A stretch of DNA of 64,000 nt, from NCBI GenBank assembly GCA_019749945.1, contig JAIEPF010000002.1, forward strand, positions 11,914-75,913, written 5' to 3'. Numbering within the stretch: the first letter of the stretch is position 1; each line of letters opens with the position of its first letter. Under the pieces are notes generated by a model that saw only the letters and a program-made list of their open reading frames with translations, was not told where the DNA came from and ran no database searches. Source of the stretch: Burkholderiales bacterium (lineage in GTDB: Bacteria > Pseudomonadota > Gammaproteobacteria > Burkholderiales > SG8-41). Positions 56,530-64,000 of this stretch are shown here, in pieces. A program made the translations under genes and the position numbers.

Positions 56530-57483
56530 CTACTCGACAAACAGAGAACTCACCGAATCCTCGGCGCTGATGCGGCGCATCGTTTCCGCCATCAGCCCCG
56601 ACACCGTCAGCACGCGGATCTTCGCGCACTTGCGCGCCGCTTCCGTCAGCGGGATGGTGTCGGTGACGACGATTTCATTGAGCGCCGAGGCGGTAATCCG
56701 CTCCACCGCCGAACCCGACAGCACCGCGTGCGTGCAATACGCCAGCACCTTCTCGGCGCCTTGTTTTTTCAGCGCGGCGGCGGCCTCGCACAGCGTGTTC
56801 GCCGTATCCACCATGTCATCGACGATCACGCAGGTGCGCCCCTCGATCTCGCCGATGATGTTCATCACCGTTGCAACATTGGGCCGCGGCCGGCGTTTGT
56901 CGATGATCGCCAGGTCGGATTCCAGCCGTTTCGCCAGCGCCCGCGCCCGCACCACCCCGCCGACGTCGGGTGACACCACGACCAGTTGCTTGTAATCGTG
57001 TTTCCAGATGTCGCCGAGCATGATCGGCCCGGAATAAATATTGTCGACCGGGATGTCGAAAAACCCCTGAATCTGTTCCGAGTGCAGATCCATGGTCAGC
57101 ACGCGGTCCACCCCCACGCTGCTCATCATGTTCGCCACCACCTTGGCGGTGATCGGCACCCTCGCCGAATTCGGCCGCCGGTCCTGCCGCGCATAACCCA
57201 TGTACGGAATCGCCGCGGTGACGCGCCCGGCCGAAGCCCGTTTCAGCGCATCCACCATCACCAGCAGTTCCATCAGGGTGTCGTTGGTCGGCGCACAGAT
57301 CGACTGCAGGATGAACACGTCCTTGCCGCGGACGTTCTCGAGGATTTCCACCATCACCTCGCCGTCGCTGAAACGTCCGACCTTGGCGCGACCGATGTGG
57401 ATGTCGAGATGGCTGACCACCGCCTCCGCGAGCCGCGGATTGGCGTTGCCGGTAAAAACCATCAGCCTGTCTAGCGCCACCAC
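56530..57483 (-). CDS. prs: Ribose-phosphate pyrophosphokinase
   Basis: 317 aa. [13 protein letters not shown] and [14 protein letters not shown]-binding motifs. Confidence 0.97.
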   Translation of the reverse strand: MVALDRLMVFTGNANPRLAEAVVSHLDIHIGRAKVGRFSDGEVMVEILENVRGKDVFILQSICAPTNDTLMELLVMVDALKRASAGRVTAAIPYMGYARQDRRPNSARVPITAKVVANMMSSVGVDRVLTMDLHSEQIQGFFDIPVDNIYSGPIMLGDIWKHDYKQLVVVSPDVGGVVRARALAKRLESDLAIIDKRRPRPNVATVMNIIGEIEGRTCVIVDDMVDTANTLCEAAAALKKQGAEKVLAYCTHAVLSGSAVERITASALNEIVVTDTIPLTEAARKCAKIRVLTVSGLMAETMRRISAEDSVSSLFVE

Positions 57484-57537
57484 ACACCCCCTGGATAATG
57501 CCTACTGCAAGCGGCTACCAATGCTGCAATAACCAAG

Positions 57538-57614
57538 TGGCTGGGGAAGAAGGATTCGAACCTTCGCATGCCGGAATCAAAATCCGGTGCCTTAACCAGC
57601 TTGGCGATTCCCCA
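57538..57614 (-). tRNA. tRNA-Gln (anticodon UUG)
   Basis: Reverse complement TGGGGAATCGCCAAGCTGGTTAAGGCACCGGATTTTGATTCCGGCATGCGAAGGTTCGAATCCTTCTTCCCCAGCCA. Anticodon stem CCGGA/TCCGG with loop TTTTGAT. Confidence 0.9.
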
Positions 57615-57651
57615 ACCGAACCTTTTTTACTGCCGACCGCCGCCAGCAGCG

Positions 57652-58515
57652 TCAGTCGTCCAGCAATTCAGCCAATCCGTGCAGGGGGTGCACATCCAGC
57701 CCCTGCGCCACAAATCCCTGCATGTCCGGCGGACAGGCCTGCAGCGCCTGCCGCGCTCCCGACTCATCGGCAAACGCTGCAAACACAGAGGCGCCGGATC
57801 CGCTCATCTGCGCCCCGCCGCGCGATTGCAGCCACGCGAGATGCCTGGCGACCTCCGGGTAAAGCCTGCAGACCAGGGCTTCAAGATCATTCCCTGCCGG
57901 CACGGAAAAGCCTTGTATTTTAATCGGTTCCGAGTCCCGTTTCAATTCCGGATGCCGGAAAATCCCGGCCGTGGCCACCGCCACCGGCGGCACCAGCACC
58001 AGATACCAGGCCGGTGCCACCGGCAAAGGCACCAGGACTTCGCCCACCCCCCCGGCCAGGGCAGTCTGGCCGTAGATGAACACCGGCACATCGGCACCCA
58101 GCGGCAGGGCCAGATCCTGCAAACGCTTGCGCGACAAGCCGGTGCCCCACAGATGGTTCAGCGCCAGCAGCACGGTCGCGGCATCGGAACTGCCGCCGCC
58201 CAGCCCGCCGCCGAAGGGCAGGCGTTTGTCGACGGCGATGTCCACGCCCAGCTTCGTGCCGGTCGCCGCCTGCAACACACGCGCCGCGCGCACGCTCAGG
58301 TCATCGGCTTCAGCCACGCCGGGCAACGCCCGCGTGCGGGCAATGACGCCGTCACCGCGCACGCGCAACCACACGGTGTCACCGTAATCTATGAAGCGGA
58401 ACACGGTCTGCAGCAGGTGGTAGCCGTCGGCGCGGCGGCCGGTGACGCGCAGCATCAGGTTGAGTTTAGCCGGTGCGGGAAAACCGGCCATGCCCTGCAC
58501 TGACAGATCATTCAT
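57652..58515 (-). CDS. ispE: 4-(cytidine 5'-diphospho)-2-C-methyl-D-erythritol kinase
   Basis: GHMP kinase motif LPFGGGLGGGSSDAA. The start was set to ATG 58515, just downstream of the lolB stop (58523). Confidence 0.9.
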   Translation of the reverse strand: MNDLSVQGMAGFPAPAKLNLMLRVTGRRADGYHLLQTVFRFIDYGDTVWLRVRGDGVIARTRALPGVAEADDLSVRAARVLQAATGTKLGVDIAVDKRLPFGGGLGGGSSDAATVLLALNHLWGTGLSRKRLQDLALPLGADVPVFIYGQTALAGGVGEVLVPLPVAPAWYLVLVPPVAVATAGIFRHPELKRDSEPIKIQGFSVPAGNDLEALVCRLYPEVARHLAWLQSRGGAQMSGSGASVFAAFADESGARQALQACPPDMQGFVAQGLDVHPLHGLAELLDD

Positions 58516-58522
58516 CGCCGCA

Positions 58523-59098
58523 TCACCCGCCTTCCTGCGCACGCCACTCATCGACAACCATGCGGATGCGCTGCCCGCCCTGCGTCAACTCCAGTTGCCG
58601 CGGCAACAGGCCATCGCCGGGTTCAGGGTAGGTGTAACGGATATGCCAGCCCTCCTGCTCCAGCAGGGACAACCGGCCGTGTGCATCGCGGGTAAGAGCT
58701 GCAATCGCGCTGCCCGGCACCGTGCCGCCACGAATCCAGTGCTGCAACTGGGCCAACGGCAGCGGCCAGCCCAGCGCCTGGCGCGTCAGGCCTTCGACCG
58801 ACAATGCGCGGTATTCCTGCTGGTCGGCGGTGGTAAGGGTGGCGCCTTTCGCATCGGCGGCAATGTACGCGAGGGTCTGCCCGACCGGCGACATCAGCCA
58901 GATCTCGTTATCAAGAGCGCCATGGCGCCAGCGGAAATTGGCGGAGAAGGCGCGGCCTTCGCTGCTGGCCAGCACGCGGCCGAGAATGTCAAAGGCCTCG
59001 GCTGCCGGAACGTTCGGGCCGGAAGCCAGCATCGCGCAGCCGGCGCAAAGCAGCGCCACGGCACCCGCCGCGAGCGCCCGGGCCACACGAAAATTCAT
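58523..59098 (-). CDS. lolB: Outer-membrane lipoprotein insertion protein LolB
   Basis: 191 aa from ATG 59098 (ATGA overlap with the upstream TPR gene). Lipobox LLCAGC. The conserved lolB-ispE-prs arrangement. Confidence 0.85.
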   Translation of the reverse strand: MNFRVARALAAGAVALLCAGCAMLASGPNVPAAEAFDILGRVLASSEGRAFSANFRWRHGALDNEIWLMSPVGQTLAYIAADAKGATLTTADQQEYRALSVEGLTRQALGWPLPLAQLQHWIRGGTVPGSAIAALTRDAHGRLSLLEQEGWHIRYTYPEPGDGLLPRQLELTQGGQRIRMVVDEWRAQEGG

Positions 59099-60864
59099 TG
59101 TGCCGATTGCAGAACGACGGGGGCGAGGCGCTTCACGGTGGCTTGCAGCACTTCGTTTTTGGGATGGTCGCGCAAGGCATCCGCCCACAGTTTCCGTGCT
59201 TCCGCCTGCCGCCCGAGCAGCCACAGCACTTCGCCGAGATGGGCGGCGATTTCAGCGTCGGGCCGCAATTCAAATGAACGCTGCAGATAACCCAGGGCTT
59301 CCTCATTGCGCCCCAGGCGGTGCAGCACCCAGCCCATGCTGTCGAGGATGAACGGGTCTTCGGGCGCGAGTTTGTGCGCGGTCTCGATCAGCGCCAGGGC
59401 TTCGGGCAGACGCTGGTTGCGGTCGGCCAGCGTGTAGCCCAGCGCATTGTAGGCATGGGCATGGGTCGGCCGCATCGCGATCACCTTGCGCAGGTTGGCC
59501 TCGAGCACGTCGATACGGTTGATTTTCTCCGCCGCCATCGCATGGTCATACAGCAGATCCGGCGAATCCGGCATAAGCGCCAGTGCCGCGCCGAGGAAAT
59601 CAAAAGCCTCCTGGTACGCGTTCGCCTCACGCAGCAGCCCCGCCTCGGCCAGCGTGAGCTGCGTGCGCTGCTGCGCATCAGCCGCTTCGACCGCCTGCAA
59701 ATGGCGGCGCGCCTCGGCCAGCTTGCCCTGTTTCAGCAGCACGCCGGCGTAGCGGGCCTGGGCGGCGATGTACTGCTCGCCTTTTGCGACGGCGGCATAC
59801 CACTTCAGCGCATCGTCATTGCGCTTCAACTCCTCGTTGACCTGCCCCAGGTACATCCGCACCAGGTCAGGATCCCGGTGGCCGATGTCCAGCGCGCGCC
59901 GCAGCTGCGTTTCTGCGGCGGCATAATCTTTCGCCTGCATCGACAGCGTGGCCACCGCCATGGTGATTTCGGCGTTGTTCGGAGCCCCGCCAAGCAGTTC
60001 CTCAAACTGCTTGCGCGCCTCCGGATAACGCTGCGCGCTGACCAGCATGCGGGCGTAGTTCAGCCGTGCATCGCGCGCGGCGGGATTCGCCTTGATGAAG
60101 GTTTCCAGAAAAACCATCGCTTCTTCCGCCGAATTGCGCTGCAGGGCCTGCGCCTGGAACAGCGCAGCCAGTTCCCAGTCCGGGCGCAGCTTCAAGGCCT
60201 GACGGGACGCCGCCAGCGCCGCGGGCTGGTCATTCGCATTCCACGCCGCCTGGGCCACCGCGAGACTGGCTTCCGGCACCTGGGGATATTTTGCCGCCAG
60301 CGTGCGCAGCAGGCGCAGTATCGCCGGCTTGTCCGTATGGCCGGCCACCAGCGTCGACAACTGCAGGAAATTCTGTCCGACATTTTCAGGATCACCGGAC
60401 AGCCATTTTTCAAGATGGGGCAGCGCATCATCCAGCCGCGACTGGTTGACCAGCAGCGCGATCACCGTCTGGCGTGCCCGCGCCGATTCCGGATCGGCCT
60501 GCAGCCATATCGTCGCCGCTTCCAGCGCAGCCGGCAGGAAACGCGCGTTCCATGCGACTTCCGCGGCGCGGCGCGCAATCCGCGGATCCCTGGTTTCGCG
60601 GGCAACCTCGAGGAAAGCCGGCACCGCCACATGCGGCTGGCCGCGCTGGATCGCGATCTCGGCCAGCGTGATCTTGAACAGGATCGATTCGCTCAACTCG
60701 AGGTTGGGCAGGGGTGCGGCCCGCGGCGCGGGCAACTGCGTCACCACTTTCGGCAAGGGTTTGGCGGCGGCAACCGGCGGCGCCGCTTCGGGTTGCACCG
60801 GCGGCTGCGCACAGGCTGCCAGGGCGAGACCGGCGATCAGCGCTGCGATTCGGGTCGGATTCAT
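59095..60864 (-). CDS. Tetratricopeptide-repeat lipoprotein
   Basis: 589 aa from ATG 60864. Lipobox LALAAC. TPR units throughout. Confidence 0.8.
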   Translation of the reverse strand: MNPTRIAALIAGLALAACAQPPVQPEAAPPVAAAKPLPKVVTQLPAPRAAPLPNLELSESILFKITLAEIAIQRGQPHVAVPAFLEVARETRDPRIARRAAEVAWNARFLPAALEAATIWLQADPESARARQTVIALLVNQSRLDDALPHLEKWLSGDPENVGQNFLQLSTLVAGHTDKPAILRLLRTLAAKYPQVPEASLAVAQAAWNANDQPAALAASRQALKLRPDWELAALFQAQALQRNSAEEAMVFLETFIKANPAARDARLNYARMLVSAQRYPEARKQFEELLGGAPNNAEITMAVATLSMQAKDYAAAETQLRRALDIGHRDPDLVRMYLGQVNEELKRNDDALKWYAAVAKGEQYIAAQARYAGVLLKQGKLAEARRHLQAVEAADAQQRTQLTLAEAGLLREANAYQEAFDFLGAALALMPDSPDLLYDHAMAAEKINRIDVLEANLRKVIAMRPTHAHAYNALGYTLADRNQRLPEALALIETAHKLAPEDPFILDSMGWVLHRLGRNEEALGYLQRSFELRPDAEIAAHLGEVLWLLGRQAEARKLWADALRDHPKNEVLQATVKRLAPVVLQSAQ

Positions 60865-60927
60865 CGGGTGATAGTGCGGCGGGCGCGGCAACGGGACGGG
60901 ATTCCAGATGCGCAATGCGCAAACGCC

Positions 60928-60956
60928 TTCATAATGAGCCACAGTTTAGGTATATT
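60928..60956 (+). promoter_or_regulatory. Putative promoter of the gldA-like ABC operon
   Basis: TTCATA, 17 nt, TATATT. Followed by two direct copies of caaggcaa (60969-60976 and 60984-60991) flanking the palindrome ggcaacttgcc. Confidence 0.3.
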
Positions 60957-61008
60957 CGCCGCTTACCACAAGGCAACTTGCCGCAAGGCAATACTCCGCC
61001 AGCCGTTG

Positions 61009-61953
61009 ATGATGACCACCGACCCCGCTTTGACCATCTGCGCCAGGGGTCTATCCCGCCGCTTCGGTACGCATGTCGCCGTCAAAGCCCTTGATCTGGA
61101 CGTGCGGCGCGGCGAAGTGCTCGGCCTGCTCGGCCCCAACGGGGCCGGCAAAACCACCACCATGCAGATGTTGACCGGCAATCTGGCGCCGAGTGCCGGA
61201 GAAATCCGCATTTGTGACATCGATTTGCTGGAAAAGCCGGTGTTGGCCAAGGCGCGCATCGGTTATCTGCCGGAAACCCCGCCGCTGTACCGGGAATTGA
61301 ACGTCCGCGAATATCTCGATCTGGCCGCTAAACTGCATCGCGTGCCCAAGCCGCGGCGCGCGGCCGCGGTAGACACCGCCATGACGCGCTGCGGCCTCAG
61401 TGACGTCAGCCGCAAACTGATCGGCACCCTGTCCAAGGGTTACCAGCAGCGCGTCGGCATCGCCCAGGCCATCGTGCACGAACCCGATGTGATCATCCTC
61501 GATGAACCGACGGTCGGCCTCGATCCGAACCAGATCCTCGACATCCGCGCGCTGATCCGCGAACTCGGCGGCAAACACAGCGTGATCCTGTCCACGCACA
61601 TCCTGCCCGAGGTCGAGGCGGTCTGCGACCGCGTGCAGATCATGCACCACGGCGTAGTGGTCTTCACCGACACCATCGCCGGCCTGCGTGATTTCCAGCG
61701 CGGCCGCACGGTCACCATCAGCCTGCACCGTCCGCCCGATATCAATACATTGCGTTCAATTTCCGGCGTCGCCGGGGTGGAAGCCGCGGGCGACGGTCGT
61801 TTCCGCATTCAGTTCGCGCCCGGCAGCGACCCGTCGGAGGCGCTGGTCAGCGCCGCCGGTGCCGGCGACTGGGGCCTCTACCAGCTGACACCGGCGCAAA
61901 GCAGCCTCGAGGATGTGTTCGTGCAACTGACCCGACCCGCGGAGCCGTCATGA
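61009..61953 (+). CDS. ABC transporter ATP-binding protein (GldA-like, ABC-2 subfamily)
   Basis: 314 aa from ATG 61009. Walker A GPNGAGKTT, signature LSKGYQQR, Walker B VIILDEPTVGLD. The 877-aa track ORF N-terminus is an antisense shadow of the TPR gene. Confidence 0.9.
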   Translation: MMTTDPALTICARGLSRRFGTHVAVKALDLDVRRGEVLGLLGPNGAGKTTTMQMLTGNLAPSAGEIRICDIDLLEKPVLAKARIGYLPETPPLYRELNVREYLDLAAKLHRVPKPRRAAAVDTAMTRCGLSDVSRKLIGTLSKGYQQRVGIAQAIVHEPDVIILDEPTVGLDPNQILDIRALIRELGGKHSVILSTHILPEVEAVCDRVQIMHHGVVVFTDTIAGLRDFQRGRTVTISLHRPPDINTLRSISGVAGVEAAGDGRFRIQFAPGSDPSEALVSAAGAGDWGLYQLTPAQSSLEDVFVQLTRPAEPS

Positions 61954-62720
61954 TTTTCACCATCGCCGGCAAGGAACTGCGCACCCTGTTCACCTCGCCC
62001 CTGGCATGGCTGGTGCTCACCGTGGTGCAGGTCGTGCTCGGCTACGGCTTCCTGAAACGCCTCGACGATTTCCTGCAGATCCAGGCGCAACTGGCGCAAA
62101 TGGCCAGCCCGCCCGGCATCACCGAACTGGTCGCCGCGCCCACTTACGCCACCGCCGCCGCGATGCTGCTGTTCGCGGTGCCGCTGCTGGCGATGCGCAT
62201 GATCGCCGAGGAGCGCCGCAACCAGACGCTGACGCTGCTGCTGTCGGCGCCGGTGTCGATGACGCAAATCATCCTCGGCAAATTCGCCGGACTGATGGCG
62301 TTCCTGCTGATCATCATCGTGCTGGTGCTGGCCATGCCGCTGCTGCTGGTGACCGGCACCCGCCTTGATTACGGCCTGCTCGCCGGACTGACGCTGGCGC
62401 TGCTGCTGCTCGCCACGAGCTTTTCTGCTGTAAGCCTTTATGCCTCAAGCCTGACGGCGCAGCCGATGGCCGCGGCACTCCTCGGCTTCGGCGTACTGCT
62501 GGCGATGCTGTTCATGGGCGAGACCGCCGGCGACAGCCTGCGCGCGCGCGGCTGGCAGGTGCCGGCGGCATTCGCGCAGGTGTTTTCGCCGCTGAAAAAC
62601 TTCGAGCCTCTGGGCCGCGGCATCATCGACAGTTATGCCATTGTCTGTCCCTTGCTGCTGACCGCAGCCTTCCTGATACTCGCCATCCGTCGCCTCGACG
62701 GCCGGCGCCTGCGGGGATAG
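61950..62720 (+). CDS. ABC-2 type transporter permease (GldF-like)
   Basis: 256 aa. Six TM helices. 4-nt overlap with the ATPase gene. Confidence 0.8.
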   Translation: MIFTIAGKELRTLFTSPLAWLVLTVVQVVLGYGFLKRLDDFLQIQAQLAQMASPPGITELVAAPTYATAAAMLLFAVPLLAMRMIAEERRNQTLTLLLSAPVSMTQIILGKFAGLMAFLLIIIVLVLAMPLLLVTGTRLDYGLLAGLTLALLLLATSFSAVSLYASSLTAQPMAAALLGFGVLLAMLFMGETAGDSLRARGWQVPAAFAQVFSPLKNFEPLGRGIIDSYAIVCPLLLTAAFLILAIRRLDGRRLRG

Positions 62721-62723
62721 GCG

Positions 62724-64000
62724 ATGCGGATCACCGGCAGCCTGCGCTGGCAGCTCCTTGTCCAAAGCGGCGTATTTGTAGTGCTGCTGGCGCTGCTGGT
62801 CGCGCTGCTCGCCTGGATGGCTCATGAATACCGTGCGGAAAAGGATGTCACGCGCAGCGCGCGCAATTCGCTGTCCGCCGCCACCATCGGCGCGCTGCAG
62901 CAGATGCAGGGCCCCCTGCGCGTCACCGCCTATGCGGTGCGCCAGGATGCGAACGGCGCCAATATCCACAAGCTGATCGAGGAGCGCGTGCGCACCTACC
63001 AGCGTGCGAAGCGCGACCTTGAATTGCAGCTGATCGATCCGCGCGAACAGCCCAAACTGGCCGCCGAAGCCGGTCTGCGCACGCCGAACACCCTGGTCAT
63101 CGAATACCAGCGGCGCTCGGAGCAGATTCCCCTAAACGAATTCAACGAACAGAATTTCGCCAACGCGCTGGTGCGCCTGCTGCGCGGCGCCAACAGCCTG
63201 GTGTTGTGGCTGGACGGCCACGGCGAGCGCAAACTCGACGGGCTCGCCAACCACGACCTCGGCAGCTTCGGCCAGCAATTACGCGAAAAAGGCTTCAGCA
63301 TCAGCGGCATCAACCTCGGGCTCGCGCAGGAAGTGCCGGCCAACGCGGCGCTGCTGGTGATCACCCAGCCGCAGGTCGATTTGCAGCCGGCCGAGGTGGA
63401 AAAGCTGCTGGCCTATATCGATCGCGGCGGCAACCTGCTGTGGCTGATCGATACCGAACCTTTGCGCGGGCTGCAACCGCTCGCCGAAAAACTCGGACTG
63501 GTGCTGACACCGGGCACCGTGGTCGACCCGGCACTGGCGCCGCGCAGCGGTCCGCCGGTGTTTGCCGTCGCCGCCAATTACGCGCGGCACGTGGTGGTCG
63601 GCACGCTGCAGTACAACACGCTGTTCCCGCATGCCCGGCAGATCGGCGCCGATGACGGCGCCGGCTGGCGCGTCACGCCGCTGATCGATGTCGCACCGCG
63701 CGGCTGGGTGGAAACCGGCAAGCTCGACGCCAAATCAACTTTCGACAAAACCCGTGATTTTCCGGGACCGGTCAACATCGCCAGCGCTTTCGAACGCACG
63801 GTCGGCGACCGCGAACAGCGTGTCATCGTTGTCGGCACCGGGCACTTCCTGTCGAACAGCTTCATCGGCAACGGCGGCAATCTCGCGCTCGGCACCGCCA
63901 TGTTCAACTGGCTGGCCGGCGAAGACGCGCTGGCCACCATCGACCCGCGCCCCGCCGCCGACACCCGGCTCGAGATCGACAGCATGCACCTCTACCTGAT
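62724..64000 (+). CDS. GldG-like ABC transporter auxiliary protein, 3'-truncated by window edge
   Basis: Not in the ORF track because there is no stop before the window end. Read by hand from ATG 62724: MRITGSLRWQLLVQSGVFVVLLALLVALLAWMAHEY… stays open to base 64000. N-terminal TM helix, then a large periplasmic domain, as in GldG/ABC_transp_aux proteins. Confidence 0.75.
   Translation, partial: MRITGSLRWQLLVQSGVFVVLLALLVALLAWMAHEYRAEKDVTRSARNSLSAATIGALQQMQGPLRVTAYAVRQDANGANIHKLIEERVRTYQRAKRDLELQLIDPREQPKLAAEAGLRTPNTLVIEYQRRSEQIPLNEFNEQNFANALVRLLRGANSLVLWLDGHGERKLDGLANHDLGSFGQQLREKGFSISGINLGLAQEVPANAALLVITQPQVDLQPAEVEKLLAYIDRGGNLLWLIDTEPLRGLQPLAEKLGLVLTPGTVVDPALAPRSGPPVFAVAANYARHVVVGTLQYNTLFPHARQIGADDGAGWRVTPLIDVAPRGWVETGKLDAKSTFDKTRDFPGPVNIASAFERTVGDREQRVIVVGTGHFLSNSFIGNGGNLALGTAMFNWLAGEDALATIDPRPAADTRLEIDSMHLYL

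Noticed and set aside
59320-61008. N-terminal 563 aa of the 877-aa + strand ORF
   Set aside because: This part is antisense to the TPR lipoprotein gene. ABC ATPase similarity starts only at ATG 61009.

Overview
GC-rich chromosomal segment whose gene order is typical of Betaproteobacteria; this taxonomic call rests on synteny only. The syntenic runs are ruvC-ruvA-ruvB / ybgC-tolQ-tolR-tolA-tolB-pal-cpoB / queE-queC, and ychF-pth-ctc-prs-tRNA-Gln-ispE-lolB. There are three blocks. (1) 1-18 kb is an accessory catabolic cluster. It holds four family III CoA-transferase paralogues, an Ldh_2 oxidoreductase, two VOC proteins, a crotonase, a Bug/TctC binding protein, two paralogous alpha/beta hydrolases, a CoxSML-like molybdenum hydroxylase that lacks the CO-dehydrogenase signature, and metC. 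The cluster is interrupted at about 8.6-9.85 kb by the only clearly AT-rich stretch in the window. That stretch is a single 387-aa ORF with a nucleoside 2-deoxyribosyltransferase-like/TIR-like N-terminal domain and an unrecognisable C-terminal domain. It is the best candidate here for a horizontally acquired, undescribed conflict or nucleotide-processing gene. (2) 18-37.4 kb is an envelope and stationary-phase-type stress block. It holds a yqjD/E/K-like operon, a phasin-like protein, an M48 protease, a secreted multi-Ig protein, dodecin, a glycine-zipper lipoprotein, an MlaEFD-PqiC-type transporter, a collagen-like lipoprotein, YihY, HPII catalase, a PQQ dehydrogenase, DUF3309, AsmA, Fe/Mn-SOD and an orphan Anbu proteasome homologue. 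(3) 38-64 kb is core housekeeping, with tRNA-Lys, tRNA-Gln and a GldA/F/G-like ABC system that runs off the window end. Other points: a family of intergenic hairpins whose arms are tandem 7-9-mers (same architecture, unrelated sequence), a GT1 glycosyltransferase translationally coupled inside ruvC-ruvA, and several sub-60-aa ORFs missing from the ORF track. No CRISPR array, transposase, integrase or rRNA was seen. Many long ORFs in the track are antisense shadow ORFs of the GC-rich genes and were not called.
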